The translations under genes and the position numbers were made by a program. From Phycisphaera mikurensis NBRC 102666 (GTDB taxonomy: Bacteria; Planctomycetota; Phycisphaerae; Phycisphaerales; Phycisphaeraceae), in NCBI RefSeq assembly GCF_000284115.1, contig NC_017080.1, positions 2,790,001-2,822,000 on the forward strand: 32,000 nucleotides of DNA. The letters are read 5' to 3'. A model generated the notes under the pieces. The model was not told the DNA's origin and ran no database searches. It was given only the letters and a program-made list of their open reading frames with translations. Positions 1 to 8,288 of the stretch are shown piece by piece (the first letter of the stretch is position 1; each line of letters opens with the position of its first letter).

Positions 1-271
1 CGAGGACCACGGCGTAGGCCCCGACGACGTAGCCCAGCGTGCGCGGTCCGGCGATGGCGGGGCCCTCGAAGGGGCTGCCGAGCAGGTCGGCGAGCAGGCC
101 GCCGACCACCGCCAGCCGCACGGCGGGCACGGCGGGGCCCACCAGGGCGGCGTACATCACCAGCACGAGCAGCGGCTCGGGCGCCACGCCGCCGAGGCGC
201 CACCACGGCTCCAGGCCCTCCTGCAGCAGGACGGCGGCGAGCGTCAGGATCGCGGCGGGGACGAGGCTCAA
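1..271 (-). CDS. mreD: rod shape-determining protein MreD, N-terminal ~90 codons (gene runs off the window start)
   Basis: Hand translation of the minus strand from TTG at 271; the ORF is truncated and absent from the supplied track. Product LSLVPAAILTLAAVLLQEGLEPWWRLGGVAPEPLLVLVMYAALVGP... is a hydrophobic polytopic membrane protein. Its start overlaps the mreC stop (TTGA). Position directly after mreC is canonical for mreD. Confidence 0.55.
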   Translation of the reverse strand, partial: MSLVPAAILTLAAVLLQEGLEPWWRLGGVAPEPLLVLVMYAALVGPAVPAVRLAVVGGLLADLLGSPFEGPAIAGPRTLGYVVGAYAVVL

Positions 272-1134
272 CGCGCCTCCCCCTCCTCCTCCTCATCGGG
301 CACCAGCACGGTGACCCGCGGCAGGCGCAGCAGGTCGCGCACGGGGTCGACCCGGACCTCCAGCAGCAGCTGCGGGTCGGCGGGCAGCGGGCGGACCCCG
401 GACACGCGGCCGAGCTGGAAGCCCCGGGCGGTGGACATCAGCAGGTCGTCGTCGAGCCAGACGGCGTCGCCGGCGGCGATCGGCGCGTCCAGCGGGAGCT
501 CGCGGGTGACGAAGCCGCCGGCCGCGGCGTCGGGCACCAGCCGGGTGCGGTAGCGGCGGGCGCCGTCGGCCGAGCGGATCTCCACCGCGAGCGAGCTCGC
601 GAAGCCGAACAGCGGGGCGACCCGGGCCGAGCCCGCGGCGACCGGCGGCACCACGCGGCCGACGACCGCGTCCTGGAAGACGACCGGCTGGTCGGGGGCG
701 AGGCCCTCCCGCCGCCCGGCGTCGACGCTGACCTCCGGCAGCGCCCCGCCCCCCCGCTGCCCGGTCACCCGCGCCGAGACCTCATCGACACGCCGGCGGC
801 CTTCTCGCAGGAGCCGGTCCCGCACCGGCCCCTGCTCGGCCAGCCGCTGCACGGCGTCTTCGTAGAGCCGGCGCAGACGCTGCGTCTCCACGCGCAGCGT
901 CTCGTTCTCGCGCCGCAGCGCGAGCCCCTCCGCTTCGCCCGGCGCCGGCTCCGCCCCGCGGCGCACCGCGACGCCGAGCCGGTACAGCGGCGTCGCCGGC
1001 CACGCGATCGTGCGGACCACCGGACCGAGCACCCGCCCGGGCAGCGTCGCGACCGGCGTCGGCGCGAGCGCAAGCACCCCGGCGAGGCCCGCGATCCCGA
1101 AGCTGAGCCGGTGGTCTCTCAAAAACTGCCCCAA
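268..1134 (-). CDS. mreC: rod shape-determining protein MreC
   Basis: 288-aa ORF with a TTG start. N-terminal membrane anchor, coiled-coil segment (LRRENETLRVETQRLRRLYEDAVQRL), then a beta-rich region (QPVVFQDAVVGRVV...SARVAPL...AVEIRS) with the MreC pattern. Followed by an mreD-like ORF. Confidence 0.75.
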   Translation of the reverse strand: MGQFLRDHRLSFGIAGLAGVLALAPTPVATLPGRVLGPVVRTIAWPATPLYRLGVAVRRGAEPAPGEAEGLALRRENETLRVETQRLRRLYEDAVQRLAEQGPVRDRLLREGRRRVDEVSARVTGQRGGGALPEVSVDAGRREGLAPDQPVVFQDAVVGRVVPPVAAGSARVAPLFGFASSLAVEIRSADGARRYRTRLVPDAAAGGFVTRELPLDAPIAAGDAVWLDDDLLMSTARGFQLGRVSGVRPLPADPQLLLEVRVDPVRDLLRLPRVTVLVPDEEEEGEAR

Positions 1135-1147
1135 TCCCCAAGCCCGC

Positions 1148-1193
1148 CCGCGGACCGTACCGATTCGGCGGCGGGAAGCGTCGCGGTCCGCGG
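1148..1193. repeat. REP-like palindromic element, copy 1 (CCGCGGACCG-N26-CGGTCCGCGG)
   Basis: 10-nt perfect inverted repeat: 1148-1157 pairs with 1184-1193. Lies in the 70-bp fliR-mreC spacer, 11 nt past the fliR stop. Same core as the copies at 15170, 22390, 25802 and 31230. Confidence 0.6.
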
Positions 1194-1204
1194 CTTCTGC
1201 ACGC

Positions 1205-2017
1205 TCACCCGCCCAGGAAGATCCGGTGCGCCCCCTCGAAGGCGTGCCGGAACGACCCGTCGGTCAGCCGCGCGATGGTTGCCAGCGACACCGCCACCAC
1301 CGCGGTCGACATGAGGATGCGCGTCACGAAGCCGACCGAGAGGATGTTCATCTGCGGGACGGTGCGGGCGATGAAGCCCATCGCCACGCTCTCGAGGAAG
1401 AGCACCGCGAGCACCGGCATCGAGACCTGCACCACCAGCTCGATCATCGCCTGCAGCAGCCCGACGATCACCTCCATCACGGCGCCGAAGTCGGTCATCC
1501 CGCCGGGGGGCACGTGCTCGAAGCTGCCGACGAGGACCTGGATCAGCAGGTGGTGGCCGCCGAGGGCGAGGAACACGACCAACGCGAGCAGGTAGAGGAA
1601 CTGACCCAGCACGCCCGAGTCGTCCTGCAGCTCGGGGTTGAAGACGCCGCCGAGCTGCAGGCCCATCTGCTGGCCGATGACCAGCCCCGCCGCCTGCGCA
1701 CCCGCGAGCGGCAGCATCGCCACGTAGCCGAGGACGTAGCCGACGGCGAGCTCCAGCCCCATGAGCGGGGCGAGCGCGAACAGCGAGAACTCGGCCCCGC
1801 GCAGCCCGGCGAGCGGAGCCTCGGGACCGACCGCGACGACGGGGAAGCAGATCGCCGCCAGCCCGACGGCGAGGAAGGCCCGCACCTGCCGCGGCACGCC
1901 GGAGCTGGCGAGGATCGGCGAGAGGATGAACATCCCCGAGAGGCGCGTGAGCAAGAGCAGGAACGGCGGGAGCCACTCCAGCAGGGGCTGGAGGCCGCTC
2001 ACCGCCCGCCCCTGCAC
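1205..2017 (-). CDS. fliR: flagellar biosynthesis protein FliR (type III export apparatus)
   Basis: 270-aa polytopic membrane ORF with a GTG start. N-terminus LLEWLPPFLLLLTRLSGMFILSPIL matches the FliR/EscT family pattern. Sits in fliP-fliQ-fliR order. Confidence 0.9.
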   Translation of the reverse strand: MQGRAVSGLQPLLEWLPPFLLLLTRLSGMFILSPILASSGVPRQVRAFLAVGLAAICFPVVAVGPEAPLAGLRGAEFSLFALAPLMGLELAVGYVLGYVAMLPLAGAQAAGLVIGQQMGLQLGGVFNPELQDDSGVLGQFLYLLALVVFLALGGHHLLIQVLVGSFEHVPPGGMTDFGAVMEVIVGLLQAMIELVVQVSMPVLAVLFLESVAMGFIARTVPQMNILSVGFVTRILMSTAVVAVSLATIARLTDGSFRHAFEGAHRIFLGG

Positions 2018-2051
2018 CCGGCGCGTCGCCCGGCCGTCGGGTCGGGATCCC

Positions 2052-2309
2052 TCACGGCATCCCCGAGAACATGCGGACCGAAAACTCCATCAGCATCGAC
2101 AGGATCCACGGTGTGGCGAGCACGGCGACCGCGGTCATGACGAGGATCTTCGGGACGAAGGTGAGCGTCTGCTCCTGCACCTGCGTCACCGCCTGCAGCA
2201 CGCTGATGACCAGCCCCACCGCCAGCGCGGCCCCCAGCACCGGCGCCGACAGCGTCATCATCAGCACGAGCGACTCGCGGACGAGGTCGATGGAGGAGTC
2301 GAGGATCAT
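2052..2309 (-). CDS. fliQ: flagellar biosynthesis protein FliQ
   Basis: 85-aa two-TM protein MILDSSIDLVRESLVLMMTLSAPVLGAALAVGLVISVLQAVTQVQEQTLTFVPKI..., the FliQ/EscS signature (QxxTQIQEQTLxFVPK). ATG start. Confidence 0.92.
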   Translation of the reverse strand: MILDSSIDLVRESLVLMMTLSAPVLGAALAVGLVISVLQAVTQVQEQTLTFVPKILVMTAVAVLATPWILSMLMEFSVRMFSGMP

Positions 2310-2326
2310 GGGGGGAAGCGGGGAAA

Positions 2327-2358
2327 GCGAAGAAGCGGGGAAGCGAAGAAGCGGGGAA
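2327..2358. repeat. exact 16-nt tandem duplication (GCGAAGAAGCGGGGAA x2) within a purine-rich tract at 2311-2360
   Basis: Read directly: 2327-2342 equals 2343-2358. A related GAAGCGGGGAA sits just upstream. On the fliP-fliQ mRNA (minus strand) this is a C/U-only tract running right up to the fliQ ATG. Confidence 0.85.
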
Positions 2359-2394
2359 GTCGGGCAGCGGCCGGCGCGGGCGGGCGGTCGCGGC

Positions 2395-3228
2395 CTAGCC
2401 GCTCACCCCCGCGACCTTGAAGCTCTCCAGCAGCCCCCCCACCACCAGCCGCCAGCCGTCGACGAGCACGAACAGCAGCAGCTTGAAGGGCAGCGAGATG
2501 AGCACCGGGGGGAGCATCATCATGCCCATCGAGATGAGGATGCTGCTGATCACCATGTCGATGATGAGGAACGGCAGGTACAGCCGGAAGCCCATCAGGA
2601 AAGCGATCTTCAGCTCCGAGAGCACGAAGGCGGGCACCAGCGCGAGCATGTCGACGTCGCCGCGGACCAGGTTCTCCGGCTCGGAGAGGTCGACGCCCTG
2701 GTACTCGAGCATCATGTAGACGCCGTCCCAGTTGTCCGCGTGGTCGATCTGGTCGAACATGAAGTCGCGCAGCGGCTGCTTCGCGTTCTCCCAGGCCTGC
2801 AGCTGCGTGATCTCGCCGGCCTGGTAGGGCACGAGCGCCTCCTGGCGGACCCGCTCGAACGCGGGTGCCATCACCAGGAAGGTGAGCAGCAGGGCCAGCC
2901 CGGTGATGACCTGCGTGGGCGGCAGCGCGGCGGTGCCCATCGCCTGGCGGAGCAGGCCGAGCACGATCACGATCCGCGTGAAGCAGGTGCACATCACCAG
3001 CACCGCGGGGGCGAGGGAGAGCACCGTGAGCAGGAGCAGGATGCTCACGGTCGTGTCCAGGCGGGGGCCCTCGTCCGCGCCCGGCTCGCCGGGCAGCAGG
3101 CTCCCCGCCTGCTCCAGCAGGCTCACGGGGTTGACGTCCTGCGCGGAAGCGGGCGCGGCGGCGAGGGCGAGGGCGAGGGCGAGGGCGAGGGCCGCGAGGA
3201 CCAGGAACGGGCGCAGGAGGCGGCTCAA
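2395..3228 (-). CDS. fliP: flagellar biosynthesis protein FliP
   Basis: 277-aa ORF with a signal peptide (LVLAALALALALALAAAPASA). FliP core motifs present: TSFTRIVIVLGLLRQA-like segment FTRIVIVLGLLRQAMG, and PFKLLLFVLVDGW. TTG start overlaps the fliO stop (TTGA). Confidence 0.93.
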   Translation of the reverse strand: MSRLLRPFLVLAALALALALALAAAPASAQDVNPVSLLEQAGSLLPGEPGADEGPRLDTTVSILLLLTVLSLAPAVLVMCTCFTRIVIVLGLLRQAMGTAALPPTQVITGLALLLTFLVMAPAFERVRQEALVPYQAGEITQLQAWENAKQPLRDFMFDQIDHADNWDGVYMMLEYQGVDLSEPENLVRGDVDMLALVPAFVLSELKIAFLMGFRLYLPFLIIDMVISSILISMGMMMLPPVLISLPFKLLLFVLVDGWRLVVGGLLESFKVAGVSG

Positions 3229-3938
3229 GCCCGGCCTCCCAGCCGTTCGAGGCGAGCCTTGACGCCCGCGAGCGGATCGGGGGCCCGGGCGGGAGGATCC
3301 TCGACGGCGTCGGCTTTCTCGGAACCGACCGAGGCGAGCAGAGCCTGGAAGCCGCCGGCGGGCGCGGCGGCGGTGGACCGGAGCAGCTCGGCGACTTCGG
3401 CCTCGTCGACGGCCTCGGCGAGCGTCCGCAGCCCGCCGGCGGCGGAGTCGCCGACCACGAGCACGCGGGCCCCGACCCGCACCAGCAGCACCTGGCTCTT
3501 GGGTCCGACGCCCGTGCGGCTGAGCACCTCCACCGCCGGGCTCGGCCGGGCGGGGGTGACGCCGCCGACCTTCGCCGCGACGGCCTTGAGGCCGTAGAGC
3601 AAGCCGACGACGACGCCGAGCGCGGCGAGCGTGGGCAGGGCGTAGCCGCCGAGGGAGGAGCCGCCCGAGCCCGCGGACGGGAGCGCCTCGGCCTCCCGGG
3701 AGGCGGCGGTCCGCGGGGCGAGCGGGGTCGACTCCAACGGCGCGGGATCGGCGTCCCCCGCCGGCGGGCCGACCTCCACGTCCCAGCCGGTGGCGGGCCC
3801 GGCGAGGGCCGGCGTCGGGTCCGCCGCCATCCGCCTCATCCGCTCGCGCGGGTCGGCCGCCGGCTGGCCCGCCGCCGCCGCGCAGAACAAGCCCGCGGCG
3901 AGGGCCGCCGTGAGCGCGATCGAGTGGGTTCGCTCCAT
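3225..3938 (-). CDS. fliO: flagellar biosynthesis protein FliO (long form)
   Basis: 237-aa ORF preceded by AAGGAAGG 8 nt before the ATG. Has a TM segment (LPTLAALGVVVGLLYGLKAV) followed by VEVLSRTGVGPKSQVLLVRVGARVLVVGDS, the typical FliO core. Sits between fliN and fliP. The N-terminal half is low-complexity Pro/Ala. Confidence 0.65.
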   Translation of the reverse strand: MERTHSIALTAALAAGLFCAAAAGQPAADPRERMRRMAADPTPALAGPATGWDVEVGPPAGDADPAPLESTPLAPRTAASREAEALPSAGSGGSSLGGYALPTLAALGVVVGLLYGLKAVAAKVGGVTPARPSPAVEVLSRTGVGPKSQVLLVRVGARVLVVGDSAAGGLRTLAEAVDEAEVAELLRSTAAAPAGGFQALLASVGSEKADAVEDPPARAPDPLAGVKARLERLGGRA

Positions 3939-4002
3939 GGATCTGCCTTCCTTGGCATCCCTTCCGCGGCCGGCGTCCTGCCGGCCGCTCCCGTGCCCGC
4001 CC

Positions 4003-4434
4003 TCAGCCCTCCCCGCCGTCCCCCGCCCGCCGCTCGCGGGCCTCCACCGCCGAGCCGGCCGCCCGCTGCGGAAGCTCGTCGAGCACCTCGCTCACGCGGA
4101 TGCAGAAGTTGTCGTTGAGCACCAGCACCTCGCCGCGGGCGACGCGGCGGCCGTTGACGAAGACGTCGACCGGGTCGCCGGCGAGCTTGTCGAGCTCGAC
4201 GACCGAGCCGTCCCGCAGCTTCAGGACGTCCTCGACGAGCATCGACGTGCGGCCGAGCTCGATGGAGACGTCGAGCTCGACGTCGCCGAGCAGCTCCAGC
4301 CCGGCCCGCACGCGGTCGTCCACCGGCTCCCCCGCCGCGAGCGCGGCGAGCGAGGCCTCGGCGGAATCGAGCGCGGACTCGGCGTCGGCGATGGGGTCGG
4401 AGTCGGTCGTGGGGGGTGTGGAGGTTTCGCTCAT
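4003..4434 (-). CDS. fliN: flagellar motor switch protein FliN (SpoA domain)
   Basis: 143-aa ORF. C-terminal [68 protein letters not shown] is a FliN/SpoA surface-presentation-of-antigens domain. Confidence 0.85.
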   Translation of the reverse strand: MSETSTPPTTDSDPIADAESALDSAEASLAALAAGEPVDDRVRAGLELLGDVELDVSIELGRTSMLVEDVLKLRDGSVVELDKLAGDPVDVFVNGRRVARGEVLVLNDNFCIRVSEVLDELPQRAAGSAVEARERRAGDGGEG

Positions 4435-4494
4435 CCGTGAGCCTCGCGGAGGGAAAGGGAGCTACGACACGCAGCGACGCGGCGGTGGCGAGAC

Positions 4495-4520
4495 GGCGTC
4501 GACGCCGCGGCGTCGACGCC
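4495..4520. repeat. two identical 12-bp perfect palindromes GGCGTCGACGCC, 14-bp register
   Basis: Read directly: 4495-4506 and 4509-4520. Located in the 170-bp fliL-fliN spacer. Confidence 0.85.
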
Positions 4521-4604
4521 GCGGGTCGTCCTGCCCCAACTCGTCGCTTCGTCTTCTCATCAGGATCGTTTCCCGGAGCGTGCGCTGGACCGGAGGGCCG
4601 ATCA

Positions 4605-5144
4605 TCAGAACTCCGCGAACTCGGTGCACTTGCCGAGGATCACGTCGTCGAAGTACGGCTCGTCCGTGCCGGGCACGTTCCCGACGGCCTCCTGCACGAC
4701 CGAGCGGATCTGCCGGGTGAGCGTCTGGAGGCTGGCCTCGCGGAGGAAGGCGGGCTCGGCTTTGCGGAAGATGACCATGACCTCGAACTGGATCGCGGCC
4801 TTCTTCTCCTCGAGCAGCCGGGTCGCGTCCTCCTCGTGCTTCTTCTGAGTCGTCGCGAAGATCTCCACGTCGTAGAGGAAGCTTTCGCCGCTCTTCTTGT
4901 TCTGGAACTTGGTGGCGAGCACCGGGAGCGTGAGCGGCCGGGCGCCCTCGGCGAGCTCGTCGGTGACCGCCGGGTCGGCCTGCACCTCGGCCGGGCCGCC
5001 GAGGAACATGAACATGCCCGCGACGACGGCGGCCTCGCCGATGAGCATCGCGGCGACGACGATGATCGGCACCAGCGGGAGCTTCTTCTTCGCCGGCTCC
5101 TCGCCGCCGCCGCTCTTCTCGCTCTTGTCGCTCTCCTCGGCCAT
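4605..5144 (-). CDS. fliL: flagellar basal body-associated protein FliL
   Basis: Taken from the internal ATG at 5144 of the 327-aa track ORF; the upstream part is Arg/Pro/Ser junk. 179 aa: charged N-terminus, one TM (LVPIIVVAAMLIGEAAVVAGMFMFL), then a FliL-like periplasmic domain (FLYDVEIFATT...AAIQFEVMVIFRKAEPAFLREASLQTLTRQIRSVV). Confidence 0.75.
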   Translation of the reverse strand: MAEESDKSEKSGGGEEPAKKKLPLVPIIVVAAMLIGEAAVVAGMFMFLGGPAEVQADPAVTDELAEGARPLTLPVLATKFQNKKSGESFLYDVEIFATTQKKHEEDATRLLEEKKAAIQFEVMVIFRKAEPAFLREASLQTLTRQIRSVVQEAVGNVPGTDEPYFDDVILGKCTEFAEF

Positions 5145-5217
5145 GGCCGGGACATCGGTCGGCCGCTTGGGGTCCCTGCAGGATTGGCCGGGCCGCCGGC
5201 TTGCGTAGCTTGGCCGC

Positions 5218-5931
5218 GTGCCGATCGACCTGCGAACCCGCCGCGTGGAGCCCGAGCGGATGGACGACCCGCGGCTGCCCGCCGCCGAGCACGACCTCGC
5301 GCTCGCCGGCCTGCGCCGCATCCACGCCTTCACCGGCACCCACGGCCGCGTCTGGTCGGTGGTGCGGCGGTGGATGCTCGGCCGGGAAGACCCCGGCTCG
5401 GCCTTCCGCTTGATCGACGTCGCCTGCGGAGGCGGGACGCTGCTGGCGGGGTTGCTGCGCCGGGCCCGCCGGGCGGGGCTGCTGCTGCACGCCGACGGCG
5501 CCGACCTCTCCGCGCACGCGCACGGCGTCGCGGCGGCGGCGTGCGAGGGGGTCGGCCGGCCGCCGGTGTTCCACCGATTCGACGCCACCGCCGAGGACCC
5601 GCCCGGCGGCTACGACGGCGTGGTGAGCTCGCTGTTCCTGCACCACCTCGACGACGCCGCCGCGGTGGCGACGCTCCGCCGCCTCGCGACCGCGGCGCCG
5701 CGTGGGCTGGTGCACGACCTCTCCCGCTCCCGGGCCGCCCACGCCCTCGCCGCCGCCGGCTGCCGCCTGCTCAGCCGCAGCCCCGTGGTGCACGCCGACG
5801 GGCCGCAGAGCGTCGCGGCGGGCTTCACACCCGGCGAGCTCGCGGGGCTCGCGGAGCGGGCGGGCCTGCCGGACGTGCGCGTGACCCGGCAGCCTTTCGG
5901 CCGCCTCCACCTCCGCTGGGGGCGGCCTTGA
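5218..5931 (+). CDS. class I SAM-dependent methyltransferase
   Basis: 237-aa ORF with a GTG start. SAM motif I LIDVACGGGTL and post-I acidic residue pattern. N-terminal EPERMDDP...L segment is common in methyltransferases found beside type III PKS genes. Confidence 0.8.
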   Translation: MPIDLRTRRVEPERMDDPRLPAAEHDLALAGLRRIHAFTGTHGRVWSVVRRWMLGREDPGSAFRLIDVACGGGTLLAGLLRRARRAGLLLHADGADLSAHAHGVAAAACEGVGRPPVFHRFDATAEDPPGGYDGVVSSLFLHHLDDAAAVATLRRLATAAPRGLVHDLSRSRAAHALAAAGCRLLSRSPVVHADGPQSVAAGFTPGELAGLAERAGLPDVRVTRQPFGRLHLRWGRP

Positions 5932-5965
5932 CCGCCGCTCCGTCCTCCGTGGCGAGGCGGCGGCG

Positions 5966-7090
5966 ATGAGCGGCGGCTTCGACGCCGGCGTCGTCGGTGC
6001 GGGCGTGGCCGGCTCGGCCCTCGCCGCGGCGCTCGCCCGCCGCGGGCACGCCGTGGTGCTCCTCGATCGGCAGCGCTTCCCGCGGGCGAAGCCGTGCGGC
6101 GGCTGCCTGCACCGCGGGGGGCTCGACACGCTCGACCGGCTCGGGCTGGCGGGTTGCGTGCCGGCCGACGCGCCCGCGGTGGATGCCGCGGTGGTCTGGT
6201 CCGGCGGACGGGCGACGCGGGTGCCCAGCCGGCACGGCCGCGTGGTCGATCGTGCCTCCTTCGACGCTGCGCTGCGGGCCGGAGCCGAAGCCGCCGGCGT
6301 CGCCTCCGTCGAGGGCGTGACGGCCCGGGTGCGGCCGGGAACCGCCGGCGGCTGGCGCATCGACGGCGGGCGGGCGGGCGCCTGGAGCGTGCGGGTGGTC
6401 GCCGCGGCCGACGGCCTCGGCGGCTCGTGCCTCCGCGGGCTCGAGGGGTTCGGCGTCCGTCGCGCGCCCGCCTCCCGGATCGGCCTCGGCGCGATCGCGC
6501 ACCCCGGCGCCGACGACGCCCTGCCGCCCGGGACCGTCGCGATGCTCACTTCCGCCCGCGGCTACCTGGGCCTCACGCGGCTGGGCCCGGGCGCGGACGC
6601 GCCGGTCGACCTCGCCGCCGCGGTCGATCCCGCGCTCGTGCGCTCGCTCGGCGGCCCAAGCCCGGCCGCCGCCGCGCTCGCCCTGGAGGCGGGCGCCCCC
6701 GCCGCTTTCGCGGCCTGGGCCCGCCGGGCGGTCGGCTGGCGGGCGACGCCCCCGCTCACCTGCGCCGCCACGCGGCTCGCCGCGCCGGGCCTCCGCGTCG
6801 TCGGCGACGCCGGCGGCTACCTCGAGCCCTTCACCGGCGAGGGGATGGCCTGGGCGCTGGACGACGCCGAAGCCGCCGCCGCCTCAATGGACGCCTGCCT
6901 CCGCCGCGGCGGCGAGCGTGCGGCCGACGCCGCCGCCTGGGAGGCCGCCCGCCGCCGCCGGATCGCCGGCCGGCAGCGGCGCTGCCGCGCCGCGGCCGCC
7001 GTGCTGCGCCGGCCGGCGCTCACCCGCCCCGCGCTCGCAGGCGCCGCCCTGGCCTTCCCGCTGCTCCACCGCCTGCGGGCCGCCTCGTGA
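5966..7090 (+). CDS. FAD-dependent oxidoreductase (geranylgeranyl-reductase / FAD-binding_3-like)
   Basis: 374-aa ORF. N-terminal dinucleotide fold DAGVVGAGVAGSALAAALARRGHAVVLLDR followed by FPRAKPCGGCL, as in the GGR-family flavoproteins. Its stop overlaps the PKS start (GTGA). Confidence 0.8.
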   Translation: MSGGFDAGVVGAGVAGSALAAALARRGHAVVLLDRQRFPRAKPCGGCLHRGGLDTLDRLGLAGCVPADAPAVDAAVVWSGGRATRVPSRHGRVVDRASFDAALRAGAEAAGVASVEGVTARVRPGTAGGWRIDGGRAGAWSVRVVAAADGLGGSCLRGLEGFGVRRAPASRIGLGAIAHPGADDALPPGTVAMLTSARGYLGLTRLGPGADAPVDLAAAVDPALVRSLGGPSPAAAALALEAGAPAAFAAWARRAVGWRATPPLTCAATRLAAPGLRVVGDAGGYLEPFTGEGMAWALDDAEAAAASMDACLRRGGERAADAAAWEAARRRRIAGRQRRCRAAAAVLRRPALTRPALAGAALAFPLLHRLRAAS

Positions 7091-8187
7091 GCGGGCGCCC
7101 ACGCATCGCCGGCCTCGGCACCGCCCTGCCCGGCAACTCCGTGCCGCAGGCGGCGCTCGCCGAGGCCGCGGCGTCGTGCTGCTCGCCGCGGGTCGCCCGG
7201 CTGCTTCCCCGCCTGTATGCCCGCTCCGGCGTCGAGCGCCGCGGCTGCGCCGTCTTCCCCGCCCCCGGCGTTCCCGCGGACCGCGATGCCCCGGAGGCTT
7301 ACGTCGCCGCGATCCGCGGCGTCTTCGCGGCCCCCTCGCCCCGGCGGCCGCTGGGCCCCGGCGTCGCCGAACGCATGCGGATGTACCGCGACGCCGCGCT
7401 CCCGCTCGCCGCCGAGGCCGCCCGCGACGCCCTCGCCGACGCGGGAGCCGAGCCGGCCGCCATCGACCACCTCGTCACCGTCAGCTGCACCGGCTTCGCC
7501 GCCCCCGGCGTGGACCTCGCCCTCCTGGGAACCCTCGGCCTGCCGCCCGCGACCAGCCGGACCCACGTCGGCTTCATGGGCTGCCACGGCGCCATGAACG
7601 GGCTGCGCGTCGCCGGCGCCCTCGCCGCCGCCGAGCCCGGCTGCCGGGTCCTGCTCGTCTGCGTGGAGGTCTGCACCGCCCACTTCCGCTACGGCGACGC
7701 CGGCCTCACCGCGAACGCGCTCTTCGCCGACGGCGCCGCGGCCGCGGTCGTCACCGCCGACGCCGGCCGCGGGCGGTCGCTCACCGGCCGGGCCAGCCTC
7801 GTCCTGCCCGGCTCCGCCGACGCCATGACCTGGGCCATCGGGGCCCACGGCTTCGAGATGAGCCTCTCCCCCGCCGTGCCCGCGCTCATCGCGGAGCGCC
7901 TCCCCGGCGTCATCGGCCCGTGGCTCGCCCGCCACGGCCTCACCCCCGCCGGCGTCGCCGGCTGGGCGATCCACCCCGGCGGCCCGCGGGTGATCGACGC
8001 GGTCGGCGAAGCCCTGGGCCTGGGCCCGGCCGCGCTCGCGCCCTCGCACGCGCTGCTCCGCGAGCACGGCAACATGAGCAGCCCCACGGTGCTCTTCCTC
8101 GTGGACCGGCTCCGGCGGTCACCCGGCCCCCTGGTCGCCCTGGCGTTCGGCCCCGGGCTGACCGCCGAAGCCGCGCTGCTGGGCTGA
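7087..8187 (+). CDS. type III polyketide synthase (chalcone/stilbene synthase family)
   Basis: C-terminal 366 codons of the 697-aa track ORF, starting at GTG 7087. Catalytic triad contexts are present: VSCTGFAAPGVD (Cys), AIHPGGPRVID (His), HGNMSSPTVLF (Asn). Confidence 0.9.
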   Translation: MSGRPRIAGLGTALPGNSVPQAALAEAAASCCSPRVARLLPRLYARSGVERRGCAVFPAPGVPADRDAPEAYVAAIRGVFAAPSPRRPLGPGVAERMRMYRDAALPLAAEAARDALADAGAEPAAIDHLVTVSCTGFAAPGVDLALLGTLGLPPATSRTHVGFMGCHGAMNGLRVAGALAAAEPGCRVLLVCVEVCTAHFRYGDAGLTANALFADGAAAAVVTADAGRGRSLTGRASLVLPGSADAMTWAIGAHGFEMSLSPAVPALIAERLPGVIGPWLARHGLTPAGVAGWAIHPGGPRVIDAVGEALGLGPAALAPSHALLREHGNMSSPTVLFLVDRLRRSPGPLVALAFGPGLTAEAALLG

Positions 8188-8288
8188 AGCCGCGTCGCGG
8201 GCCCGCGGCCGCGGGGCGGGCCTACCGTCCGCCGGTCGGTCCCGCCCGCGGATCGACATCGTTTACTTTGAGGTCCATCGGGCTCCGC

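Noticed and set aside
5145-5217. Sigma-54 (TGGC...TTGC) or sigma-28 (GCCGA...) promoter in the fliL/methyltransferase divergent region.
   Set aside because: The GG and GC elements are 17 nt apart instead of the required spacing. The GCCGACCGAT match to the sigma-28 -10 box is partial and has no TAAA-like -35.
6094-7086. N-terminal 331 codons of the 697-aa ORF 6094..8187. Likewise the N-terminal part of 6918..8912.
   Set aside because: Only the C-terminal parts show real protein signatures: the type III PKS from GTG 7087 and the signal-peptide protein from ATG 8289. The upstream parts are Arg/Pro-rich read-through overlapping the FAD-oxidoreductase gene in another frame.
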